Shown here: positions 20,447-30,488 of the stretch, in pieces
Numbering within the stretch: the stretch's first letter is position 1
How the letters are laid out: the number at the start of each line of letters is the position of its first letter
Source: an uncultured Methanoregulaceae archaeon
GTDB lineage: Archaea > Halobacteriota > Methanomicrobia > Methanomicrobiales > Methanospirillaceae
DNA: 64,000 bases
Direction: 5' to 3'
Assembly: GCA_963841015.1 (NCBI GenBank)
Contig: CAWJAX010000003.1
Location: 544,001 to 608,000, forward strand
The notes under the pieces: model-generated
Seen by the model: only the letters and a program-made list of their open reading frames with translations
The model's database searches: none
What the model was told of the DNA's origin: nothing
Made by a program: the position numbers and the translations under genes

Positions 20447-21622
20447 ATGGGACTATTCGGAAGTACTCCAGCAGTTAAAAAGGGCGATATGCTCTACGCA
20501 TGGACCAACGATGCGGACATCAAGAAGAAAGCTGAACTTGGCGGTGCTGTTACTGCACTCTGGAAACACGCGCTCGAATCCAAAATGGTCGATGCAGTCC
20601 TTGCCATCAGGAAAGGCACTGACCTGTACGATGCACAGCCCGTGATCATCACTGACCCCAAGGCTCTTGCGGGCACGGCTGGTTCACTCCACTGCGGAAC
20701 GCTCCTGCTGCCAAAACTCGTAAAGAAATACCTTGATGGTGCAAAGACCAAGAAGATCGGGGTTACCGTCAAGGGTTGCGATGTTATGGGTTTCCTTGAG
20801 CTTGCCAAGCGCAAGCAGATCAACCTCGACAATATCGTTATGATCGGTGTCAATTGCGGTGGTTCGGTCAGCCCGATCCTGGCCCGCAAGATGATAACCG
20901 ATAAATTCGGGGTCGACCCGGACAAGGTCCACAAGGAAGAGATCGACAAAGGCCAGTTCATCATCGAGTACGAAGGCGGCCACAAAGGCATCTCCATCGA
21001 TGAACTTGAAGATGCCGGTGACGGGCGCAGGTCCAACTGCCGCCGATGCAAGTACAAAATCCCGCGACAGGCAGACCTCGCCTGCGGGAACTGGGGTGTT
21101 ATCGGCGACAAGGCTGGCAAGGCAACCTTTGTGGAAGTCTGCAGCGAGAAGGGTGCAAACCTGGTCAGCGGAGCAGTGAAATCCGGTATCCTTGCAACTG
21201 AAGCTGCAAATCCCAAGGGTCTCGAGATCCGGGGCAAAGTCGAGGGCGCAATGTTCAAACTCGGCGACAAGTGGAGGAAGAAAGATTTCACCGCGCTTGG
21301 GGCAAATCTCTGGGAAACGATCAACAAAGAAACGTCGCGGTGCATCAAGTGCTATTCCTGTATTGAGAACTGCCCGGTCTGTTTCACTGCTGGAGACGAG
21401 CTGAAAAAGGACACCCTCATGATCAAACGGGGAGAGCTTCCGCCGAATCCAATGTTCCACGTCAGGCGTTTCGCCCACATTTCAGATTCCTGCATCAACT
21501 GTGGCCAGTGCGAAGAACTCTGCCCGATGGATATTCCCATGGCACTCTTCTCGCATGCAATCCGCGTGGAAGGAGACGCTGCTTTCGAGCCTAAACTGGG
21601 TAAAGCAACCTATTCCAATTAA
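20447..21622 (+). CDS. fdhB: F420-reducing formate dehydrogenase beta subunit
   Basis: FrhB-like GGAVT, GSLHCG, KGCD, G.NCGG, CRRC, ADLACGNWG, plus C-terminal 2x[4Fe-4S] motifs. Confidence 0.95.
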   Translation: MGLFGSTPAVKKGDMLYAWTNDADIKKKAELGGAVTALWKHALESKMVDAVLAIRKGTDLYDAQPVIITDPKALAGTAGSLHCGTLLLPKLVKKYLDGAKTKKIGVTVKGCDVMGFLELAKRKQINLDNIVMIGVNCGGSVSPILARKMITDKFGVDPDKVHKEEIDKGQFIIEYEGGHKGISIDELEDAGDGRRSNCRRCKYKIPRQADLACGNWGVIGDKAGKATFVEVCSEKGANLVSGAVKSGILATEAANPKGLEIRGKVEGAMFKLGDKWRKKDFTALGANLWETINKETSRCIKCYSCIENCPVCFTAGDELKKDTLMIKRGELPPNPMFHVRRFAHISDSCINCGQCEELCPMDIPMALFSHAIRVEGDAAFEPKLGKATYSN

Positions 21623-21742
21623 TTTTTTTGCCCACTGAAAACTCAGGATGAGTAATTTATATGTGCAAAAAGATGGATGAACGAAGTTGTTAATTAACCG
21701 GTTTAAATGAATTGGATTCTAAATAAGGAGATGAATGAAACG

Positions 21743-22198
21743 ATGAATGCAGATGAAGCAAAGAAGATCATAACAACTGCTATCGACAGGGAAGTCGAGG
21801 CGTATACATTTTACCGTACCGTATCCGAAAAGGCAAAAGACCCGTCATTAAAGAAACTTTTTACTGAACTTGCCGGAGAGGAGAAACAGCACCGGGAATT
21901 CCTGCAGGGGATGCTCACCAAGGATGTAGCAAAGATGCACTTTGAGGCAAAAAAGGACTACAAGGTTGTCAACGCACTCCCGAGCCCCCCACTCTCTGCC
22001 GATATGAAACCACTTGACGGAATTGTTGTTTCAATCAAAAAGGAACTTGAAGCCATGCAGATGTACACCCAGCTTGCAAACCTTTCAACTGACACAGAGC
22101 AGAAGTTTCTCTTCAGCCAGCTTGCAAACATGGAAAGTGGGCACAAAGCCCGGCTTGAGGATATCTATACCAATATGGCTTTCCCCGAAGTCTGGTAA
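21743..22198 (+). CDS. Rubrerythrin/ferritin-like di-iron protein
   Basis: AI.RE.EA..FY...LA.EE..H and KE.EA...Y..LA..E..H. Confidence 0.85.
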   Translation: MNADEAKKIITTAIDREVEAYTFYRTVSEKAKDPSLKKLFTELAGEEKQHREFLQGMLTKDVAKMHFEAKKDYKVVNALPSPPLSADMKPLDGIVVSIKKELEAMQMYTQLANLSTDTEQKFLFSQLANMESGHKARLEDIYTNMAFPEVW

Positions 22199-22480
22199 TA
22201 AAAGAGATATCTTCAGTTCATGGGCGGAGGGGAGGGAAAAGAAGCAGGGATGGAATCTTCTCTGGAGGTAAGGTACAAGTCCGTTACAAGGTGAATTTGA
22301 GGATGCAAATCGCCTTATGATGTAAGCATCTATCCCTGCCTCATTTTTTTTAGCATCTTTTCTGGTACGAACAGAATCTGTCATTTCTATTATGCAAAGG
22401 CAAAGATCGATGAGGTCTTCTATGCTGTTCCTATAGAATTATAACAAACTTATGTTAATAATTTTAATTTATTAAGATTA

Positions 22481-22540
22481 TTTAGTTAATTTTTGATAAA
22501 TAATTATAATTTAGAGATATAATATTAATAATTAACTAAA
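22481..22540. promoter_or_regulatory. 10-bp inverted repeat TTTAGTTAAT...ATTAACTAAA directly upstream of the TATA region of the HTH-PAS gene
   Basis: Arms at 22481-22490 and 22531-22540; AT-rich context lowers significance. Confidence 0.35.
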
Positions 22541-22578
22541 ATCGAAATATATATTATATCGGATGTCTATTTTCAAAT

Positions 22579-25500
22579 ATGCCGGTTTTCGATCAGGAGA
22601 AAGTTGATCGATTAAAACAGATCCTGAGGTGGCATCCACGAGGTATCACCATCTCAGATCTTGCAGCTAAAATGGAAATGAACCGTAACCTGGTAGCAAA
22701 ATATCTTGATATTCTTCTCATTTCCGGGCAGGTTGAGATGCAGGTGATCGGTGCTGCCAAAGTTTACTTTCTCTCTCATCGGGTTCCTATCTCCTCGTTG
22801 CTGGAATTTTCTTCTGACATAGTCATAATTCTTGATAGTGCCCTCACCATTATGCAGGTCAATGAACCGTTGCTCGTTGTAGTGAAAGGAAAGAAAGAAG
22901 ATTTCGCTGGCAGGAATATCAGAGAAATAGATCATCCCTTTCTCAAGGCAATTCCAATAACAGCATTTTCCAGCAAAACCGATCCTGCCCAGAATCAGGT
23001 ACAACAGTTTGAATGCACGATGGATGGGGAGAAAGACTATTACAAATTAAAACGGTTACAAACCGCGTTTGAAGACGGGAGCCAGGGTATTACCCTCATC
23101 ATCGAAGATATCACAACCCAGGTCACGCACCAGAAGACGCTGGAGCTCAGCGAGGCAAAATATCGTGGGATCGTAGAGGACCAGACCGAGTTTATCACAA
23201 GATTCCTTCCGGATGGGACGCTTGTTTTTGTCAATGATGCATACGCCCGCTACCTTGGCAAGGAAAAGGAGGAGCTCCTTGGGGGGCTGTATATACCCGA
23301 TATTGAGAGTGAGGATAGAACAACCCCTCACCAGTGCATCCAGTCACTGGATATGAACAACCCGGTTCAAACCTTTGAATGCAGGATCCATCATTCATGC
23401 GGGCAGGTCCGGTGGAATCTCTGGACCGTGCGTGCGTTGTTTGATGAGAACCAGAAACCCATCGAATATCAGGCAATAGGTAAAGACAACACAGAGAAGC
23501 GTGAAGCCGCAACGAGGATTAACCAGTATATCAGGGATATGGAATTCCTCACCCGGAAAGCACAGGAGTTCGTTGAGATATCTCCTGACGCCGATATTTT
23601 TCAGGCAATCGGGCAGAGCATTTCCGAAATTATTCCTGACGCACTCATTACGGTGAATTCAATTGATGTACAATCTGACACTCTCACCATCAGAGCAGTC
23701 CTGCCCGAACGGGATCGGGAATCTCTTAAAAAATACATTGGAAAAGACCTGCTGGGATTCCGGTTCAATATCAGTGCAATGCCAGAACACCATAAGATCC
23801 ATTTTTTCAACACACAACAGGCAGGAAAATTAGTACGTGTTGAAGAAAACCTGCACACGATTTTTTTTCAGCAGATTTCACAGGATTCCTGTGATATGAT
23901 CAAGCAGGGGCTCAACCTGGGAGAGAGCATTTACACCATCGGATTGATGCGGCACGGGATACTATTCGGGAATGTGTCGTTTTCACCCAGAAAAGGAGAA
24001 ACCTTAACCAGCTCATCAATTATTGAAACGTTTGTCCGTCAGGCATCCATTGTATTGCACCGGAGATTCACAGATAAGGCACTTAAGGCAAGTGAACAAC
24101 GTTACCGGAGTGTTATAGAAAACATTCAGGACGTTTTTTACCGTTCCGATCCAGCAGGAAATCTTATCATGGCAAGCCCCAGCTGGGCAGCGCTGCTCGG
24201 ATATGATTCGCTTGAAGACTGCATCGGGTACAATATCGCCGAAAAATTCTATTTTGAGCCGCATCGCCGAAAAGAATTCCTCGATTCTGTATACCGGAAT
24301 GGATCAGTAAGCGATTATGAAGTTGTTTTAAAACGCAAAGATGGCAGTCCCGTGTATGTCTCAACCAACAGTCACCTGTATTATGATCACAGGGGGGAAT
24401 TACTTGGCGTTGAAGGAATTTTCCGGGATATAAGTGAACGTCATGCAGCAGCGGAAAAAATTCAGAATTATATCACTACCCTCAGGGAAAGTGAAGAGAT
24501 TTTTTCAAGTGTAGCGCAATATGCGCCATTTCCTATTGCAATCGTTGAATCCGATGGTTCGTATCGGTACATAAATCAGAAATTCGTTGAAACCTTCGGG
24601 TATGATCTGAACGATTTTAAAACCGGAAGAGTCTGGTTTTCCCTTGCATATCCGGATCCGATCTACCGTAAAAAAGTCATTGACACATGGAAATCGGATC
24701 TTGAAGCATCGGAATCCGGTATCGAAAGACCGGAGAGATTTTCCGTACGATGTAAAAATGGTGCTGACCGCGAAATCGTTTTCCATCCGGTTTCACTCTC
24801 TGACAAGAAACAATGTATTGTATACGAAGATCTCACGGATCAGTATCAGGCAGCACGAATGGAGAGACTGCTCTCGTTGATTGTTGAGACTACCTCAGAT
24901 GCGATTACCGGAGAAAAGACTGATGGAACAATTATCAGCATGAACCCGGCTGCAGAGTACCTGTACGGGTATTCAAAAGAAGAGGCTCATTGGTCACAAT
25001 ATCTCCCAGATCATCCCCCCAGATCGACTGGATGAAAGCAACCGGATTTTTGAACGAATCCATAAACGGGAAGCAATCAAGAATATTGAGACACTTCGGA
25101 TGAATAAGGAAGGCAGGGTCATTGAGGTTGAATTAACCATTTCTCCCATAACCGATGAGAATGGCATGGTTATTGGTGCTTCCACTATTGCCCGGGATAT
25201 CTCGTTGAAAAAATCTGAAGAGCGTTTACGGGAAAGTGAGGAAAAATACCGCACTCATGTTGAAAATATGAATGTAGGTATTTACCGAAGTACGGGGGAT
25301 CCCAGGGGCAGGTTTGTGTGGGGGAATTCCTCGCTCGTGGAAATCTTAGGATACCCCTCTTTTGAAACACTCAAGCAGATTGCTGTAACCGATATCTTCA
25401 CCGAGCCTGATGGAAGAAAAAACCTTCTTGAGGACCTCAAGCGGTTTGGATTTGTGCAGAACAGGGAGATCTCTATGAAACGGGCAGACGGAGCCCGGAT

Positions 25501-26533
25501 ATGTGTCAGTGTCACAGCACTTGCGAAGTTTGAGCCGGACGGCAAAATTGAATTTATCAACGGAATAGTCGAGGATGTTACCCGGAAAAAAGAGATCGTA
25601 CCACAACTTCAGAAATTCAGGTATGAACTGGTGGATCTTGTCGGGTGTTTACCGGATCCGACATTTGTTGTCAGTGATGAACACAAGGTTATTGCATGGA
25701 ATGCTGCAATGGAACAGATGACCGGGGTCAGTAATAATGAAATTATCGGATCTGAAGAGTTTGAACACGCATTTCCAAAAAATATCTCTTCCCGCTCGGT
25801 CTTCGTTGATCTGATTACTCTCATCGATGCAGCTGATAATGAAATTGGAAAGCATGATCCTCAAATAACAAGGCAAGGATCCTCGCTTGTCGCAGAAGGT
25901 TATTTCCCTCAACTGTATTCGGGCAGGGGTTCGTACGTCTTGGCAACGGCTTCACCGCTCATTGGCCCTGATGGCGGAAGGATGGGAGTAATCGAAGTTA
26001 TCCGCGATATTTCACAGGTAATGGAACTCGGTCAGATGCTGAAAAACAAAAAGACGGGATGCATTCCAGGAACTGATTTGGAGATTTACATTCCTGATGC
26101 TGCGTATCCGGTTTTTCCTGATCATGATTCAATAAAAACTCCAGGACTGTTAAGCCCAAACTACCTGTCCCTTGCCCTGAAAATGGCGCGGGATTTTATA
26201 GCAATTCTCGATCAATCCGGTAAATTTGTCTGGGCAAATGATGCGCTGGCCGGTGCAGTGAATGCAGGAAGCTGCAATGATCTGGCGGGTAAGAGTATCG
26301 CACTCTATATCGCACCAGAATTTCGTAAAATGGCATTGGACTCCCTCGGAGAAGTCAAAAAAAACGGGCATAAAACCGTACCCTTCATGATGCTATCATC
26401 GTCCGGGAGAGTTCAGGTTGAAGCAAATATTTCTGCGATTACCACAGAAGAAGGCGATCTTTTCGGCTATATGGCAATCGCACGACATGTCGAAGGAAAA
26501 AAATCGAAAAATCACATTGATGACAAAAAGTGA
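22579..26533 (+). CDS. Large N-terminal winged-HTH plus multiple PAS (and GAF-like) domain protein, frameshifted near 24988
   Basis: PRGITISDLA..MEMNRN.VAKYL..L...G.V HTH; repeated SE.KYR.IVE...PAS/PAC units; the shifted frame LIGHNISQIIPPDR links to ORF 25100..26533. No kinase domain seen. Confidence 0.85.
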
Positions 26534-26726
26534 TAAAAGGGACTCAGGAGCATTTTTTATCGACCGATTCGTGTGTAGGTTTATATGCTTTCAATCTTTT
26601 TTTAATCAATGGATTGATTTTTTGTTAATAACTCAAAATATTTTGTTTTTTTCATTTTAATTAGTTATAAATTATTTTTTTTTAAAAGTAAAATTTATAT
26701 AGTATAAAAGTAATATGCACGTGAGT

Positions 26727-26969
26727 ATGGTTCTGTATCCGGCACCCAACGTCAAATCGGTTTCCCGGTTTGATCAATTCCTCTGCCAGGGACTGTTTCA
26801 TATTACGGGTAAAGAAATATCAGCAGACAGCATTTCAGGAAACCATGATCTGATACCCTGTATCTCAAATCAGCTTGCCAGAGAGACCGGTATTGATTCG
26901 TGTGATATTGCACAATGGATTTCACGCTCACTGAAAGAATACTGGGCCGAAGTCGGGTCAGCCGGATGA
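26727..26969 (+). CDS. Small hypothetical protein, tandem paralogue 1
   Basis: 80 aa, co-linear with 27173..27427; TTTATAT box upstream. Confidence 0.75.
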   Translation: MVLYPAPNVKSVSRFDQFLCQGLFHITGKEISADSISGNHDLIPCISNQLARETGIDSCDIAQWISRSLKEYWAEVGSAG

Positions 26970-27172
26970 ATCACTTTTTTGAAATCGTGAATACAGCAGC
27001 ACAATCACCTTTAAAGAATCAGAATATCCTGCCTGCAGGTACGACCCGGTAATCGCATTCATGACAGTTTTACCGGGTCGCGAATATCTTTTTAAAAATA
27101 CCCGGGAATGGTGGTGAGATTGAATTGCAGCTTCACTACTTTTTATTAAGAATGAATCATAAATATATGAGA

Positions 27173-27427
27173 ATGGTACGTTCTCCGTTACCCCGGGTCA
27201 AATCTGTTTCCCGGTTCGATCAATTCCTCTGCCAGGGTCTATCTCATATTACGGGTGAAGAAGTATCGATGGATACTATTTCCAATAACCGTGATCTGAT
27301 TTCCTGTATCTCTTATAAACTTGCCCGTGAGACCGGTCTTGATTCATGTGATATTGCACAATGGATTTCAGGATCATTAAAAGAATACTGGATTGAAATC
27401 GGGTCAGCGAGATCAACCGCTCATTGA
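27173..27427 (+). CDS. Small hypothetical protein, tandem paralogue 2
   Basis: Shares VKSVSRFDQFLCQGL.HITG, LARETG.DSCDIAQWIS.SLKEYW with paralogue 1, with synonymous differences. Confidence 0.75.
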   Translation: MVRSPLPRVKSVSRFDQFLCQGLSHITGEEVSMDTISNNRDLISCISYKLARETGLDSCDIAQWISGSLKEYWIEIGSARSTAH

Positions 27428-27686
27428 ATTCCTGTACCTGTTCAAAAGACAGGAGTATCTTGAAAGAGTCAGAAGATTCTCTGATTATCCGTAAGGTAAT
27501 ATCCTGTCTGCTGAATTATTGTTTTGGACAAAACAGGTAATTCATTGAGAAATGAGTAAAATTTTTGTTCTTACAAAATTTTACAAAATATCAATTAGTT
27601 TCTTTTAACTTTTATCTTGTATTCATAATAAAGGTTAAATAAAAATAATATAAATTTAATAATATTATATTAGTATATATAAAAAT

Positions 27687-28562
27687 TTATTCTGCAGGAA
27701 CAAATCCATTGTTTCTGCGTATAATGAATCCCTCCTCTTCAAGAGCGGAAAGCATCCTTTGTACCCGATACGGATCTTCACCAACGCAACCGATGATCTC
27801 CTCCACTCCAAGGAGTTTATGTTTCAGTAATAATTTCAGGATGGTACCACGAATTTTCCGGTCTGATCCTTCGAAAGGAGACTGCCGGGTATAATGAACG
27901 CTTCGCCGGTTCGGATTGGGAATCGTCTTTTTAAGTGCTGTGCCCAGATCCATCAGCGCCCAGTACCAGACACGGGGATTTTCACGGTATAATGCTTTTT
28001 TCACAAGCGGGAGGATCTCTGCATCATGTACCAAGTCTGTGTCATTAAAGAAAAAGTGAATAAAAACCCTGCGAATATTGGTCTCAATGAAGACAACGGG
28101 AATATTGAACGCGAATGCTGCAATGGACGAAGCAGTCGCCCTGCCAATACCGGGAAATGTTGCCAGAATATCCACATCAGCCGGAAGAATACCGTCGTAT
28201 TCGTTCATGACCCTGATAGCACATTTCTGTAACGCGATCGCCCGCCGGTTATAGCCAAGACCCTGCCAGACCGTGAGTACATTTGCTAAAGGTGCAGTCG
28301 CAAGTGATGCAAAGTCCGGGAATGCACGAATAAATTCCGGAAATTTTGCAGTGACCCGCTCTACCTGGGTCTGCTGGAGCATAATCTCCGACACGAGGAT
28401 CTGATACGGATCTGTGGTGTTTCGCCAGGCCATGTCCCGACCGTACTGCTCATAATGTGACAGTACCATCTGCCGGAACGCCAGAATGCCCTCATGGGAA
28501 CTATCATCGCGGGAAAATTGAGGTCCGCTCGTATCCAGCGTTTCCTGTTCTGAGTTTTTCAT
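27687..28562 (-). CDS. mutY: A/G-specific adenine glycosylase (MutY-like, HhH-GPD)
   Basis: WR.T.DPY.ILVSEIMLQQTQV, WQGLGYNRRA, PGIG.ATA, ETNIRRV. Confidence 0.88.
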   Translation of the reverse strand: MKNSEQETLDTSGPQFSRDDSSHEGILAFRQMVLSHYEQYGRDMAWRNTTDPYQILVSEIMLQQTQVERVTAKFPEFIRAFPDFASLATAPLANVLTVWQGLGYNRRAIALQKCAIRVMNEYDGILPADVDILATFPGIGRATASSIAAFAFNIPVVFIETNIRRVFIHFFFNDTDLVHDAEILPLVKKALYRENPRVWYWALMDLGTALKKTIPNPNRRSVHYTRQSPFEGSDRKIRGTILKLLLKHKLLGVEEIIGCVGEDPYRVQRMLSALEEEGFIIRRNNGFVPAE

Positions 28563-28686
28563 GGTTATAAAAAGTCCGGTTAATAATTTCAGACCCGATC
28601 CCTACCGTATGATCCTATCTGCTCATAATTGTTCAGGCATAGCAACAACGATAAAAGGGCGGGTGTAGTGCAAAAATTACAGTCAC

Positions 28687-30486
28687 TCATGTGCGCTTAA
28701 ACATAGTATCAAGATCGGTCCGGCTGAACCTGAGCATCGTTGGTCTTCCATGGGGGCAGGTGAACGGATTTTTTGCAAACCGTATCTGGTGTATCAGGCG
28801 CAGGCATTGTTCCCGTGTACAGACGGTACCCGCTTTTATTGCACCACGGCATGCAATGACCCGGGTGATTCTTTCCCGGGTGTTTACTGAACGAACTGCT
28901 TCTTCACTTACAAGATCACTCACCATCTCATCAATCATGGTCGTATCTTCCAGTTTACCCAGAACAACCGGGATTGCCCGGACAAGAAAGGTATCCCTGC
29001 CAAATTCCTCAAGAATAAATCCTTCCTGTGCAAGGGCAGGTATAAGATCGCGAAGGATTGCCGTCTCCTGCAGGGTCCGGTGCAGGATAACCGGAACGAG
29101 CAGCTCCTGTGAGCGGTGATCCCCTTCGGTTCGTGCGATGACCTGTTCGTACAGGATACGCTCATGTACGGCATGCTGGTCAATAATCACCAGTTCACCG
29201 GTATCCGTTGTTGCGAGGATATAGATCCCACCCAACTGACCAATAACCTCCATGACCGGGAGTTTCGCATCGACCGGTACCATGCCGGTCGGCAGTTCGG
29301 TCTGCCGAAGCTGGCGGTCAGTCATGACAGTACCTGCATGGAGTGCTTCACTGATTCCGTACGGTGCCGTTGGAGTGAAGTCATAGCCCGGGTCGGGAAC
29401 GGTTGCAGTTTTCCTGCCGGATTCCTCCAAATATATTTGCGAGGGGGCAGCTGCATCGGGAATCAAATCATTGCTGAGCAATGCAGTTTTTACTGCTTCG
29501 CTCATTGCCCGGGCGATCTCGTTTTCCCGGGAGAGCCGCACCAGTTTTTTTGTCGGGTGCACATTTACATCGACCAGTCCGGTATCAATCTCTAGGCTGA
29601 GGAAGGCAAGGGGGAACCGCTCTTTTGCGAGCAGAGTGCCATACCCCTCCCTGACGGCGCCGGTGACTACTGTCGAAGATACATAGCGCTGATTGATCGC
29701 TATCATTATCCGGGATGTATCCTTTCGGGATAGTGATGGGCGTGAGGTGTATCCGGAAATCTTCATGAAGGGAAGTGAAAGATTCACCGGAATAAGATCC
29801 TTTACAACATCACTCCCGTAGATACGGGCAATGGTGTCGAGAATCCGGGATGATCGATCCGTTACGAGCTGCTCATGCTGATTGGAATACAACCGGAATG
29901 ATATCCCGGGATGGGCGAGGCAGATGCCTTCCAGAATCGCGTGGATATGTGCAGTCTCAGTATTTTTACTCTTCTGGAACTTTTTTCGTGCCGGGGTATT
30001 ATAGAAAAGATCTTCGACCAGCACACTGGTTCCTTCCGGAGCCCCGGTCTCTCCCGTCTCCTGAATTTGTCCCCCCTCAACAAGCACCCTCGTTCCAATA
30101 ACTTCCCCTGCATTCCGAAGCCGGGTTGTCAGCGTGACTCTCGACACAGCAGCGATGCTGGCAAGAGCTTCTCCGCGGAACCCAAGAGTGTGAATTTTAT
30201 GGAGATCATCGATCCGGGAAATTTTGCTCGTTGCATGGGGAGTGAATGCAAGCACAGCATCGGCAGGAGACATACCGGATCCGTCGTCGATGATACGAAT
30301 ACTCAGAATTTCTTTTGCAGACGAGGTAATATCTATCCGGATTGAGCGGGCTCCGGCATCGATTGCATTTTCCACCAGCTCTTTTACAACAGATGCAGGA
30401 CGTTCGACTACCTCACCGGCAGCAATCTGGTTAACGGTTGCCTGATCAAGGATGTGGATAGCAGAAACAGTATTCCGGGACTTCAT
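28687..30486 (-). CDS. mutL: DNA mismatch repair protein MutL
   Basis: IAAGEVVERPASVVKELVENAIDAGA, GFRGEAL, DQHAVHERILYE, ACR and CPHGRP endonuclease motifs. Confidence 0.97.
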   Translation of the reverse strand: MKSRNTVSAIHILDQATVNQIAAGEVVERPASVVKELVENAIDAGARSIRIDITSSAKEILSIRIIDDGSGMSPADAVLAFTPHATSKISRIDDLHKIHTLGFRGEALASIAAVSRVTLTTRLRNAGEVIGTRVLVEGGQIQETGETGAPEGTSVLVEDLFYNTPARKKFQKSKNTETAHIHAILEGICLAHPGISFRLYSNQHEQLVTDRSSRILDTIARIYGSDVVKDLIPVNLSLPFMKISGYTSRPSLSRKDTSRIMIAINQRYVSSTVVTGAVREGYGTLLAKERFPLAFLSLEIDTGLVDVNVHPTKKLVRLSRENEIARAMSEAVKTALLSNDLIPDAAAPSQIYLEESGRKTATVPDPGYDFTPTAPYGISEALHAGTVMTDRQLRQTELPTGMVPVDAKLPVMEVIGQLGGIYILATTDTGELVIIDQHAVHERILYEQVIARTEGDHRSQELLVPVILHRTLQETAILRDLIPALAQEGFILEEFGRDTFLVRAIPVVLGKLEDTTMIDEMVSDLVSEEAVRSVNTRERITRVIACRGAIKAGTVCTREQCLRLIHQIRFAKNPFTCPHGRPTMLRFSRTDLDTMFKRT

Positions 30487-30488
30487 GG

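Noticed and set aside
19696-21478. Long antisense ORFs (250, 284 and 264 aa) over fdhAB
   Set aside because: Shadow frames produced by the strong codon bias of fdhAB; no recognisable motifs.
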